Source of the DNA: Tardiphaga sp.
GTDB lineage: Bacteria; Pseudomonadota; Alphaproteobacteria; Rhizobiales; Xanthobacteraceae
Length of the DNA stretch: 64,000 nt
Assembly: GCF_041424195.1 (NCBI RefSeq)
Contig: NZ_JBGMOE010000190.1
Span: forward strand, 55,574-119,573
Reading direction: 5' to 3'
Shown: positions 55,854-64,000 of the stretch, one piece after another
Layout: the number at the start of each line of letters is the position of its first letter
Numbering within the stretch: the stretch's first letter is position 1
Notes under the pieces: model-generated
What the model saw: only the letters and a program-made list of their open reading frames with translations
Told to the model about the DNA's origin: nothing
The model's database searches: none
Program-made: the position numbers and the translations under genes

Positions 55854-56138
55854 CTAGCCGCCGCTGGTTCGGCCTTCCGCATTGTCATCTCCGCCGTATG
55901 AGCCGCCGCCATATCCGTATGGCGCGCTGTATCCGTATGGCGCGCGGTATCCATATGAACCGGGGCCGGTACCGAATCCGCGATAGACCATTCCCGGATC
56001 GCTTCCCTCATACCGCGCGTGAGAGGACATGATCCGTCGATGCTTGCTGGCAGCGCTATGCCCGTCTTTCGCCTGCGCGGTCCAGCTCGCAGTGCCGGCG
56101 ATCAGTAAAGCGGCGCCCAACAGAATGAATTTATTCAT
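55854..56138 (-). CDS. Small secreted Gly/Tyr-rich hypothetical protein
   Basis: 94 aa, Sec signal (MNKFILLGAALLIAGTASWTAQA), GYRAPY-GYSAPY-GYGGGSY repeats. Confidence 0.7.
   Translation of the reverse strand: MNKFILLGAALLIAGTASWTAQAKDGHSAASKHRRIMSSHARYEGSDPGMVYRGFGTGPGSYGYRAPYGYSAPYGYGGGSYGGDDNAEGRTSGG
55912..55957. repeat. 18-bp coding tandem repeat (2.5 units)
   Basis: TATCCGTATGGCGCGCTG / TATCCGTATGGCGCGCGG / TATCCATATG. Confidence 0.7.
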
Positions 56139-56374
56139 CGCATTCTTCCCTGGTCAATGAGCCCCGCGACCTCAGATGCGCATGCTTGGCCCTCAAGGTA
56201 GCGCCAATCACGCGTAGTTGAATTTCGGCGGGTGGTACCCCGTCCTGCATGGATGGCGGCGGCTAGACTCATTGGGGCCATTCCCCCTCGCCGCGGGCCT
56301 GGAAGGCAGTGTCACACCGCTGACAATTGAGTCGGTCCATAACCGTGGACCCATTCGATGCCAGCGGAGCTGCC

Positions 56375-57301
56375 ATGACCGAACATTCCTTCGACGACGC
56401 GCAAGCAATCCACGACCGCATTCGCGCAGAAATGCTGGACGGCTTCGACGAAGAACTCGAGCTCGAGATCGACGACGATCGTCTCGACGCCCTGACCAAC
56501 GAAATGTCCGGCCACAGTCCGGCGGAGACCATCGAGCGGCGCCTCTATTTCAAGGAGCTGTTCCGTTTGCAGGGTGAGCTGGTGAAGCTGCAAAGCTGGG
56601 TGCAGCATAACAAGCTCAAGGTCGTGGTGATCTTTGAGGGCCGCGATTCCGCCGGCAAGGGCGGCGTCATCAAGCGCATCACCCAGCGGCTCAATCCCCG
56701 CGTCTGCCGCGTCGCTGCGCTTCCCGCGCCGAGCGAGCGCGAGCGCACGCAATGGTACTTCCAGCGTTACGTCTCGCACCTCCCCGCTGGCGGCGAGATC
56801 GTGCTGTTCGATCGTAGCTGGTACAATCGCGCAGGCGTCGAGCGCGTGATGGGATTCTGCACCGAGGATGACGTGGAGGAATTCTTCCGCTCGGTGCCGG
56901 AATTCGAACGCATGCTGGTGCGCTCGGGCATTATCCTGATCAAATACTGGTTCTCGATCACCGACGAAGCTCAGCATCTGCGCTTCTCGATGCGCATCGC
57001 CGATCCGCTGAAGCAGTGGAAGCTCAGCCCGATGGATGTCGAGGCGCGCACTCGCTGGGAGCACTACACCAAGGCCAAGGAAGCGATGCTCGAACATACG
57101 CATATTCCGGAAGCGCCGTGGCATGTGGTGCAGGCTGTCGACAAGAAGAAGGCGCGCCTGAATTGCATCGCGCATCTGCTCGAGCAGATCCCATATCAGG
57201 AGGTCGAGCACCCGCCGGTGACCCTGCCGGCCCGCGTCCGCAATCCCGACTATCACCGCACGCCGGTACCGGCCGAGATGTACGTGCCTGAGCGCTATTA
57301 A
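56375..57301 (+). CDS. ppk2: Polyphosphate kinase 2
   Basis: FEGRDSAGKGG, QWYFQRY, FDRSWYNRAGVE, WKLSPMD; ATG 56375 after GGAG. Confidence 0.95.
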   Translation: MTEHSFDDAQAIHDRIRAEMLDGFDEELELEIDDDRLDALTNEMSGHSPAETIERRLYFKELFRLQGELVKLQSWVQHNKLKVVVIFEGRDSAGKGGVIKRITQRLNPRVCRVAALPAPSERERTQWYFQRYVSHLPAGGEIVLFDRSWYNRAGVERVMGFCTEDDVEEFFRSVPEFERMLVRSGIILIKYWFSITDEAQHLRFSMRIADPLKQWKLSPMDVEARTRWEHYTKAKEAMLEHTHIPEAPWHVVQAVDKKKARLNCIAHLLEQIPYQEVEHPPVTLPARVRNPDYHRTPVPAEMYVPERY

Positions 57302-57353
57302 GCGCCGCGTGCAGCAGAGCTATCAGTTCGGCAATCATGCACAACGGCGCCGA

Positions 57354-58811
57354 CTATTTTGTGGCCGGCGCCGTCGCCTCCGTACCTGGACCGATGCGCG
57401 CGACGAGGGCATCGGCGCGCTGTCTAATATTCCCGGGAAATTTCTCGCCGGTGCCGAGCCGGCTTTTCACGATCGAGGCCAGCTTGATAGCCTCCGCGAT
57501 ATGGCCGAGCGCATGCTCGGTCTCGGCCAGCGCGATCTGAAACCTGATGTTGTCGGGCTGGGCCTCGTAAGCCTTTCGCAACGGCCCGATAGCTTCATAG
57601 TTGCGGCCCTGGCGCTGCAGGTCTTCGCCATAATCGAGCTGCAGCATGGCGCTGTTCGGGATCATGGCGACGCCTGTCAGCAACGCCTCGCTCGCCTCCC
57701 TGTCACGCTTCGCGTCGCGGAATACCACCGCCAGCCGGCGATAGGCCACGATACTTCGCGCATTCTTGCCGAGCGCGGCCCGATGGGCGTCGATCGCTTC
57801 GTCCTTGCGGCCCATCGCATTCAGCACGAAGCCGAGGGAGTTGTAGCTGTTGTCGGAGTCCGGCGCGCGTTCGACGCCGCGCCGCACCGCCTCCAGCGCT
57901 TCCTCCGGCCGCTTCTGCGCCAGTAGCACGAAGGCCCTGGTGTATTCGGTCGCGGCGAATTCGGGATCCATGGCCCGCGCGCCCTCCGTCGCCTGCATCG
58001 CTTCGGCGATCTGGCCCCGGCCGAGGTAGATGTAGGTCCGCAAGTTCAAAGCGTATTTTTCCGCGTCCTTGTGGCCGCCTGCCAGGGCGACGGCAGTCAG
58101 GCGCATGGCGCTTTCCTCGTCGCCATACTCGCGAAAATAGATGCCCGCCGCGATTTCGGGATCGATGTGTTCCAGCAAGTTCAGCGCAGCCTTCCTGAAA
58201 AGATTCTCGGCGCCTTGCGCGGTTTCAACATCGATCAGCCCCTCGCGGCCAGGGGTCTGACGCAGACGAAGCCGCAACAGCTCCCTGCCGTCTTCATTGC
58301 GAGTGGTGATTTCACCGGAGATCTGAACGATCTTCTTTCCCAGCACCTTCTGGATCAGCGACTGGAACGACTTCAGGTCGATGTTTCCAGCCGGCGTTTC
58401 GATAGACGACAGAGCATCGATCAATTGCGTGTCACCAAGCGCAGTTTTGGGCTTCGCAGCATTGGAGGTGCGATTCAGGGCGGAGATTTCATCCAGCAGT
58501 CGCTGCGTTGCGGTCTCTGCCGTGTAGCCTGCGGCTTCCAGCGATTGCGGCACGCGCAGCGCGGTCATCACGATGCCGTTCTCGACCATCGCCTTGGAGA
58601 CCACGATCACCGTCAGGACGATCGGCACAATAGTGACGAGGACGACGGCCAGCCCTTTGGCAAACATCACCAGCTCGGCAACCGTCCGCTCCCGGATCTG
58701 CGCTGCCAGATAGTCCCGGGTGCGGGCGTGAAGCCGGCGCTTTGCCTGCACGACCGGCCGGTCCGAAGCGGGAAGAGGTTGCTCGTGCTGAACCAGTCCT
58801 GATGACATCAT
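57354..58811 (-). CDS. Membrane-anchored tetratricopeptide repeat protein
   Basis: One TM helix (GLAVVLVTIVPIVLTVIVV) then TPR-like repeats (AYNS/YNSLGFVLNAMGRKDEAIDAHRAAL); start MMSSG at 58811. Confidence 0.72.
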   Translation of the reverse strand: MMSSGLVQHEQPLPASDRPVVQAKRRLHARTRDYLAAQIRERTVAELVMFAKGLAVVLVTIVPIVLTVIVVSKAMVENGIVMTALRVPQSLEAAGYTAETATQRLLDEISALNRTSNAAKPKTALGDTQLIDALSSIETPAGNIDLKSFQSLIQKVLGKKIVQISGEITTRNEDGRELLRLRLRQTPGREGLIDVETAQGAENLFRKAALNLLEHIDPEIAAGIYFREYGDEESAMRLTAVALAGGHKDAEKYALNLRTYIYLGRGQIAEAMQATEGARAMDPEFAATEYTRAFVLLAQKRPEEALEAVRRGVERAPDSDNSYNSLGFVLNAMGRKDEAIDAHRAALGKNARSIVAYRRLAVVFRDAKRDREASEALLTGVAMIPNSAMLQLDYGEDLQRQGRNYEAIGPLRKAYEAQPDNIRFQIALAETEHALGHIAEAIKLASIVKSRLGTGEKFPGNIRQRADALVARIGPGTEATAPATK

Positions 58812-58929
58812 ATGGCCCCTGAATGAAATGAAGCGATAGGGCCGGAAGGCCCGCCGCGGCCATGCCGGGGCGGACCTTTTCGGAAGAGCTGCAACGAGAA
58901 ATGCGTGAGCGAACCGCCGTCGGTGCAGC

Positions 58930-59433
58930 CTATCGAACCGAGCCGACGAGCTGTGCGGCAACCCTTTGGTGACCCGCGGCAGTGAGATGGATGTGATCAC
59001 TCTGGGCCATGCCCGACTGCAATGCCGCTTTCACATATCCGTCGGCCTGAACCGTCTTGATGCCGCGCGCCTTCAGTTGCTGCTGGATGTTGGCGATGTT
59101 GGCCTGCCGCTGCGGCGGGGTGATGCCGCGACGGCCATCATTGCCACCGAACTGCAAGATGACCACCTTGGTTCCTTCAGGTACGCTGCTCGAGAGCCGC
59201 GACAGCATGCCTTGCGTGGTATCGCCAAATACGCCGGCATTCCTGACCTGAGTGCTCGAGCCCTTGGCCTTAAGCATGCGCTCCAGTTGCGCCGGATAGG
59301 CTTCTGAAGAACCGACGCCGTGCCCCTCGGTGTTGCTCGCGCCGAGGGCGACGACCTGCGCCGACGCGGACTGCATGACGCTCATGCCAGCGAGCAGCGT
59401 CGCGGCGAGGATCGCCGTTTTAAGTGATATCAT
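58930..59433 (-). CDS. Secreted SGNH/GDSL hydrolase (TesA/arylesterase-like)
   Basis: Signal peptide; block I LGASNTEG, block II NAGVFG, block III GGND, block V DHIH. Confidence 0.85.
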   Translation of the reverse strand: MISLKTAILAATLLAGMSVMQSASAQVVALGASNTEGHGVGSSEAYPAQLERMLKAKGSSTQVRNAGVFGDTTQGMLSRLSSSVPEGTKVVILQFGGNDGRRGITPPQRQANIANIQQQLKARGIKTVQADGYVKAALQSGMAQSDHIHLTAAGHQRVAAQLVGSVR

Positions 59434-59651
59434 GATTGTTCCCTCTGTCTGATCTGGACTGGATCGGCTCGATGCTCGGTGACCAACTTTGCAGCAAGCT
59501 GACAGAAGCAAGGAGGCACGGAACGACGTCACGTTCGTCCCCCAATTGGGTGAGTACGGCGTGGGACGTCGGGCCGTCAGGGAACCACGGCTAAGCCGCC
59601 GTCGACAGCTACCCGCGCGCACTGGTCCGAAGCCGGCGGTCGGACATGCGT

Positions 59652-60476
59652 CTAGGTCACCCAGAACTCCGGCACGGCCTGCGAGAGCCGGCCGCCCAGC
59701 CGCACCGGTGCGATGCGAGACGCAAGCCCTGTCTTGTCATCCGTCTCGACGGCGACGCCACTGAGCGTCGCCGGACCGAAGGCCGGTTCGAAGCGGCCGG
59801 AAGGAATGCCTGTGGTGAAACGACGTACCGGCTCTTCCTTCTGCATTCCGATCACAGAATCATAGTCGCCGGTCATGCCGGCATCGGTCATATAGGCCGT
59901 GCCGCCCGCTAGGATTTGGTGATCTGCCGTCGGCACATGCGTATGCGTGCCGACCACGAGGCTGACGCGGCCGTCGCAGAAATAGCCCATGCCCTGCTTC
60001 TCGCTCGAGGCTTCGCCGTGGAAGTCCACCACAATGGCATCGGCAGCCTCGACCAGCGGACAGGCATCGATCTCCTTGCCGACTGCGCTGAACGGATCGT
60101 TGAGCGGCTCCATGAAGACGCGGCCCATGGCGTTGATCACCAGCGCACGCGCGCCGTTCTTGGCGTCGATCAGCGCGGCGCCGCGGCCTGGCGTATGGCG
60201 CGGGAAATTCAGCGGACGGATCAGGCGCGGCGCACGCTCGATGAACACCAGCGCTTCCTTCTGATTCCAGGCGTGATTGCCGAGCGTCACCGCATCGGCG
60301 CCGGCATCTATGAGGTCGTTGTAGATCGTCTCGGTGATACCGAAGCCGCCGGCCGCGTTTTCGCCGTTGATGACGACGAGATCGAGCTTCCAGTCACGGA
60401 TTAGGCCCGGCAGTCTGTCGAGGATCACCACGCGGCCGGTCTTGCCGACGACGTCGCCAATGAAAAGAATACGCAA
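59652..60476 (-). CDS. ymdB: YmdB family metallophosphoesterase (TIGR00282)
   Basis: ILFIGDVVG, NGENAAGGFG, TLGNH, DFHGEASSEK, GTHTHVPTAD, TDAGMTG. Confidence 0.92.
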   Translation of the reverse strand: MRILFIGDVVGKTGRVVILDRLPGLIRDWKLDLVVINGENAAGGFGITETIYNDLIDAGADAVTLGNHAWNQKEALVFIERAPRLIRPLNFPRHTPGRGAALIDAKNGARALVINAMGRVFMEPLNDPFSAVGKEIDACPLVEAADAIVVDFHGEASSEKQGMGYFCDGRVSLVVGTHTHVPTADHQILAGGTAYMTDAGMTGDYDSVIGMQKEEPVRRFTTGIPSGRFEPAFGPATLSGVAVETDDKTGLASRIAPVRLGGRLSQAVPEFWVT

Positions 60477-60477
60477 G

Positions 60478-61065
60478 TCAGATGCTCCGAAAATCGATCG
60501 TCCGGGTCTCGGTTACCACATAATCCAGCGCCACGTCGTGCGGCTGCATCGGAATAGCCTCGATTTCCTGGGTGTCGAAGGCCACGCCCACGGAGATGAA
60601 TGGCTTGATGGCGTGCAGTTGCGCGAAGGTGCGGTCATAATGCCCCGCGCCATAGCCAATGCGGTGGCCGGCGCGGTCGAAGGCCGCGAGTGGCACCAGC
60701 AGGATATCGGGGATCAGTCGTGGCGCCTCCGGTGCCGGTTCCGGAATGCCAAGCGAGCCGCGCACTAGCACATCGCTCGGGCTCCAGAGCCGGAACATCA
60801 ACGGCTCATCACGGGCGACGATCGCCGGGAGCGCCAGCCGCACACCTCGGGCGGCGAGACGCTGCATCAGCGGGATCGGATCGATCTCGCTGCGGATGGG
60901 GGAATAGCCGGCGACGATGCCGCCGTCCCTGACGGGGAAAGGCAGCCCCCGCGCTGCGATGGCCTGCGCTGCAGCCGATCTTTCAGCCTCGCTCAGCGCC
61001 GTGCGGCGTGCCAGCGCGGCGATGCGGAGCTCAATCTTTGTCGGAGTGGGCGGCGTGTCGGACAT
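60478..61065 (-). CDS. ygfA: 5-formyltetrahydrofolate cyclo-ligase
   Basis: SEID, LVPLAAFDRAGHRIGYGAGHYDRT, PHDVALD; downstream of 6S RNA. Confidence 0.92.
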   Translation of the reverse strand: MSDTPPTPTKIELRIAALARRTALSEAERSAAAQAIAARGLPFPVRDGGIVAGYSPIRSEIDPIPLMQRLAARGVRLALPAIVARDEPLMFRLWSPSDVLVRGSLGIPEPAPEAPRLIPDILLVPLAAFDRAGHRIGYGAGHYDRTFAQLHAIKPFISVGVAFDTQEIEAIPMQPHDVALDYVVTETRTIDFRSI

Positions 61066-61195
61066 GCCGCAGGATATGCTGTCCCCAGAGCCTGCGGAAG
61101 CGCAGGACCGGTTTTCACCAGCATCTTCGTCTCGAGAGGTTAAGAGGCGCGGCAAAAGCCACGCAAACGGCCAGAGCCGTCACAAAAGTAAAAGC

Positions 61196-61354
61196 GCGAA
61201 GCCACGATGGCCGTTGAAGCACTCGATCCCGGAGCACCTACGAAAGTAGGTGGGCACCATGTGACCAGATCCACGGACCTGGTCAGGGACAGTTCCCTGA
61301 AGGATCGATAAGGCCCCGGGGATATATGGCTCCTGACGCGCGACGCAGCCTCGC
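61196..61354 (-). ncRNA. ssrS: 6S RNA
   Basis: About 159 nt between zapA and ygfA; complementary ends GCGAGGC / GCTTCGC; alphaproteobacterial 6S core (CCCCGGGGCC...AGGGAACTGTCCCT...GGTGCCCACC...CCGGGATCG). Boundaries approximate. Confidence 0.85.
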
Positions 61355-61415
61355 CTGCACAATGTAGGGGTTATCGAGCGGATGCGCCAGTGCCCGCTTG
61401 GCACCGAAGCCTGCG

Positions 61416-61799
61416 TTATCCAATAGCAACGCCGCCGCCGATGGTGCGGTTGAGCACCTGGGTGGTCTTCTCGATCCGCTCGGCCGCTGCATTCAGCGCC
61501 GCGGCAACTGCCGTCTGCGTCGCCCGTGCGCGGTCCGCAGCGACAACCCGGACATCGCGCAACGCTGTGAGCTCTTCCTGCAAGGCGCGGATCTGCTGAT
61601 TGGCATCGACCAGTTCGTCGGCAATGGTCAGCGCCGCCATCACCGTCAACCGTGCATCGCCGATCTCGCCGAATTTGCCGCGCAGGTTTTCCACACGGGA
61701 TTCAAGACTCTCCGCCAATCGCAGCAGCCGGGTTTCCTGACCCTCCTCGCAGGCCATGCGGTATTGCCGGCCATTGATGGTGACATTGACGTGGCTCAT
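61416..61799 (-). CDS. zapA: Cell division protein
   Basis: VTINGRQYRMACEEGQE, FGEIGDARLTVMAALTIADEL. Confidence 0.93.
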   Translation of the reverse strand: MSHVNVTINGRQYRMACEEGQETRLLRLAESLESRVENLRGKFGEIGDARLTVMAALTIADELVDANQQIRALQEELTALRDVRVVAADRARATQTAVAAALNAAAERIEKTTQVLNRTIGGGVAIG

Positions 61800-61805
61800 C
61801 TCGCT

Positions 61806-62135
61806 TCACTCATGCGCATTGTCCGCAGCCAGCACTGCGCGGATGGTGCCGATGGCGGTATCGAGCTTGTCGGCGATGTCGCGATTGGCGCGCTCCAGCC
61901 GCCGCGATTTCACCAGCGTGCCATCGAGCTCATCCGCCAGGCGAGACCGGTCGGCGCCCAGCGCCTGAATGCGGGTGGCCAGTTCATCCTCGTCGCGATC
62001 CGCTTCATGGCGGCGCTCCACGGCGCTTTCCAGAGCATCCAGCGCCGCCATCAACCGCCGCGTGGCGGCGTCGATCTCGGCCGCGCCATTACTGGCGGGA
62101 TCGGAGGCAGAGAGATGGGCGGGACGTTCGACCAT
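61806..62135 (-). CDS. DUF4164 family coiled-coil protein (ZapB-like partner upstream of zapA)
   Basis: RLMAALDALESAVERR...LGADRSRLADELD; conserved synteny with zapA; start uncertain. Confidence 0.8.
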   Translation of the reverse strand: MVERPAHLSASDPASNGAAEIDAATRRLMAALDALESAVERRHEADRDEDELATRIQALGADRSRLADELDGTLVKSRRLERANRDIADKLDTAIGTIRAVLAADNAHE

Positions 62136-62443
62136 ACTGGGTTACGCGGACCTTGGATGTGATGCGACCGGAGCTCAAAAACCACGGCTCCGCAAGCCTT
62201 TAGGCCCTGAAACTTAGGTTGCAAGCGAGCCGGACGCAACAAAGCTTAAAAGCTATGCACCGCAAAGCCGACAAAAACCGCCGGTATATATCCACAGACC
62301 AGAACTGTTCGGGAGACCTTGGACTCCCAGGAACCCAGATGCTATCCACCAGTTTCTCCTAAGCGATCCCAACATCTCGCTGCAGACCGCCCCTCTTGCG
62401 GACGCGAAATATTCCATTCCCTTCAATTTAGACGGAAACCGAC

Positions 62444-64000
62444 ATGGCGCAGGTTGATCACTCGAAAATGGCCAACGCGATTCGTGCCCTCGCCATGGAT
62501 GGCGTGGAAAAGGCCAAATCCGGTCACCCTGGGCTACCGATGGGCGCCGCCGATATCGCCACCGTGCTGTTCACACAGTTCCTCAAATTCGACGCCGCCG
62601 ATCCGCAGTGGCCGGATCGCGATCGCTTCATTCTCTCGGCCGGTCACGGCTCGATGCTGCTCTATGCCCTGCTCTATCTGACGGGCAACAAGGAGATGAC
62701 GCTCGATCAGCTGAAGAACTTCCGCCAGCTGCATTCGAAGACCCCCGGCCATCCCGAGAATTTCCACACTTCCGGCGTCGAGACCACCACCGGTCCACTC
62801 GGCCAGGGCGTCGCGACTGCAGTCGGTTTCGCGCTCGCGGAGCGCATGCTCGCCGCTGAATATGGCGATGTGGTCGATCACTACACTTACGTGCTGTGCT
62901 CCGATGGCGACCTGATGGAAGGCATCAGCCATGAAGCAATGGCCCTCGCCGGGCATCTCAAGCTGTCGAAGCTGATCTTCCTGTATGACGACAATGGCAT
63001 CTCCATCGACGGCCCGCTGTCGCTCGCGGACAGTGTCGATCAGGTCGCGCGCTTCAAGGCCCACGGCTGGAATGCCGTGCATGTCGATGGCCACGACCAG
63101 GTCGCCATCGCTGCCGCCATCAAGCAGGCGCAGGCATCCGACCGTCCGTCGATGATCGCCTGCAAGACCACCATCGGCTTTGGTGCACCAACCCGGGCCG
63201 GCACCTCGAAGGCCCACGGCGAACCGCTCGGAGCAGAAGAACTCGCAGGCGCCAAGAAGGCACTGGGCTGGGATTACGGCCCGTTCGAAGTGCCCGATGA
63301 CATCCTGCAGGCTTGGCGCAATGTCGGCAAGCAGGGCGCGTCGGCGCATGCGGACTGGCAGAAGCGCTTCGATGCGCTTCCGGACGACCAGCGCAGCGAA
63401 TTCATCCGCCGCAACGATCATGTTCGACCGGCAGCCATGGCCGACGCGATCCGCGCGTTAAAGAAGAAGCTGATCGCCGAGCCGCAGACCGTTGCGACCC
63501 GCAAGGCCAGCGAACTCGCGCTGGAAGCACTGGTCCAGGTCGTGCCGGAAATGGTGATCGGCTCCGCCGATCTCACGCCGTCGAACAACACCCGCACCAA
63601 GCACGCCATTGAGGTGAAGCCCGGCGACTTCAAGGGCCGCTACATCCATTACGGCATCCGCGAAATGGGCATGGCCGCAGCCATGAACGGCATCGCGCTG
63701 CATGGCGGCTTCATTCCTGCCGGCGCGACCTTCATGTGCTTTACCGACTATGCGCGACCGGCGATGCGCATCTCGGCGCTGGCCCAGATCCCGGTCATCT
63801 ACATCATGACCCATGACTCGATCGGTCTCGGCGAAGACGGCCCGACCCATCAGCCGGTGGAGCATTTGGCCGCGATGCGCGCGATGCCGAACATGCGGGT
63901 GTTCCGCCCGGCGGATACGGTCGAGACTGCCGAATGCTGGCAGCTCGCGATGGAGAAGACCAACGGTCCGACCATGCTGGCGCTGTCGCGCCAGAACCTG
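62444..64000 (+). CDS. tkt: Transketolase (5' part, truncated by the window end)
   Basis: [67 protein letters not shown]; frame open to the last base. Confidence 0.97.
   Translation, partial: MAQVDHSKMANAIRALAMDGVEKAKSGHPGLPMGAADIATVLFTQFLKFDAADPQWPDRDRFILSAGHGSMLLYALLYLTGNKEMTLDQLKNFRQLHSKTPGHPENFHTSGVETTTGPLGQGVATAVGFALAERMLAAEYGDVVDHYTYVLCSDGDLMEGISHEAMALAGHLKLSKLIFLYDDNGISIDGPLSLADSVDQVARFKAHGWNAVHVDGHDQVAIAAAIKQAQASDRPSMIACKTTIGFGAPTRAGTSKAHGEPLGAEELAGAKKALGWDYGPFEVPDDILQAWRNVGKQGASAHADWQKRFDALPDDQRSEFIRRNDHVRPAAMADAIRALKKKLIAEPQTVATRKASELALEALVQVVPEMVIGSADLTPSNNTRTKHAIEVKPGDFKGRYIHYGIREMGMAAAMNGIALHGGFIPAGATFMCFTDYARPAMRISALAQIPVIYIMTHDSIGLGEDGPTHQPVEHLAAMRAMPNMRVFRPADTVETAECWQLAMEKTNGPTMLALSRQNL

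Noticed and set aside
59434-59651. Riboswitch or sRNA in the ymdB-SGNH intergenic region
   Set aside because: Short palindromes exist (GAACGACGTCACGTTC) but no recognisable aptamer consensus; an Rfam/Infernal scan would be needed.

Overview
GC-rich chromosomal window whose gene content and intergenic repeats suggest a Bradyrhizobiaceae/Nitrobacteraceae alphaproteobacterium (inference, not a database result). From left to right: (1) 3' end of a cytosine-deaminase-like gene and an orphan FAD/NAD-binding protein; (2) an IclR-controlled operon with a three-subunit xanthine-dehydrogenase-family Mo hydroxylase, an amidohydrolase-fold decarboxylase-like enzyme and a NitT/TauT ABC importer; (3) an AraC regulator, a LIV-type ABC importer and a vanillin-dehydrogenase-like ALDH; (4) a polysaccharide locus (3 GT4, CE4 deacetylase, MurJ-like flippase, Wzc-like protein) with no wzy, wza or priming transferase; (5) a ~14 kb candidate aromatic-amine catabolic system with an AtdA1/TdnQ/SadB-like glutamine-synthetase homologue, an alpha-only Rieske oxygenase, two YtcJ-like amidohydrolases (one with a signal peptide), a LIV-type ABC importer, a GR-type ferredoxin reductase, a PcaR-like IclR with matching operator motifs and a CHMI-like tautomerase; (6) a divergent HU; (7) C-P lyase genes phnF/GHIJKLMN with a Pho box but no phnCDE or phnP; (8) core genes yebC-ruvC-ruvA-(orf)-ruvB-(nudix)-ybgC; (9) a soluble MCP-PilZ chemoreceptor, ppk2, a TPR protein and an SGNH esterase; (10) DUF4164-zapA-6S RNA-ygfA-ymdB and the 5' part of tkt. 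Four palindromic REP/RIME-like elements were found. No CRISPR array, tRNA, rRNA, transposase or integrase was seen. The strongest novelty candidate is block (5). All functional calls come from motif recognition by eye.
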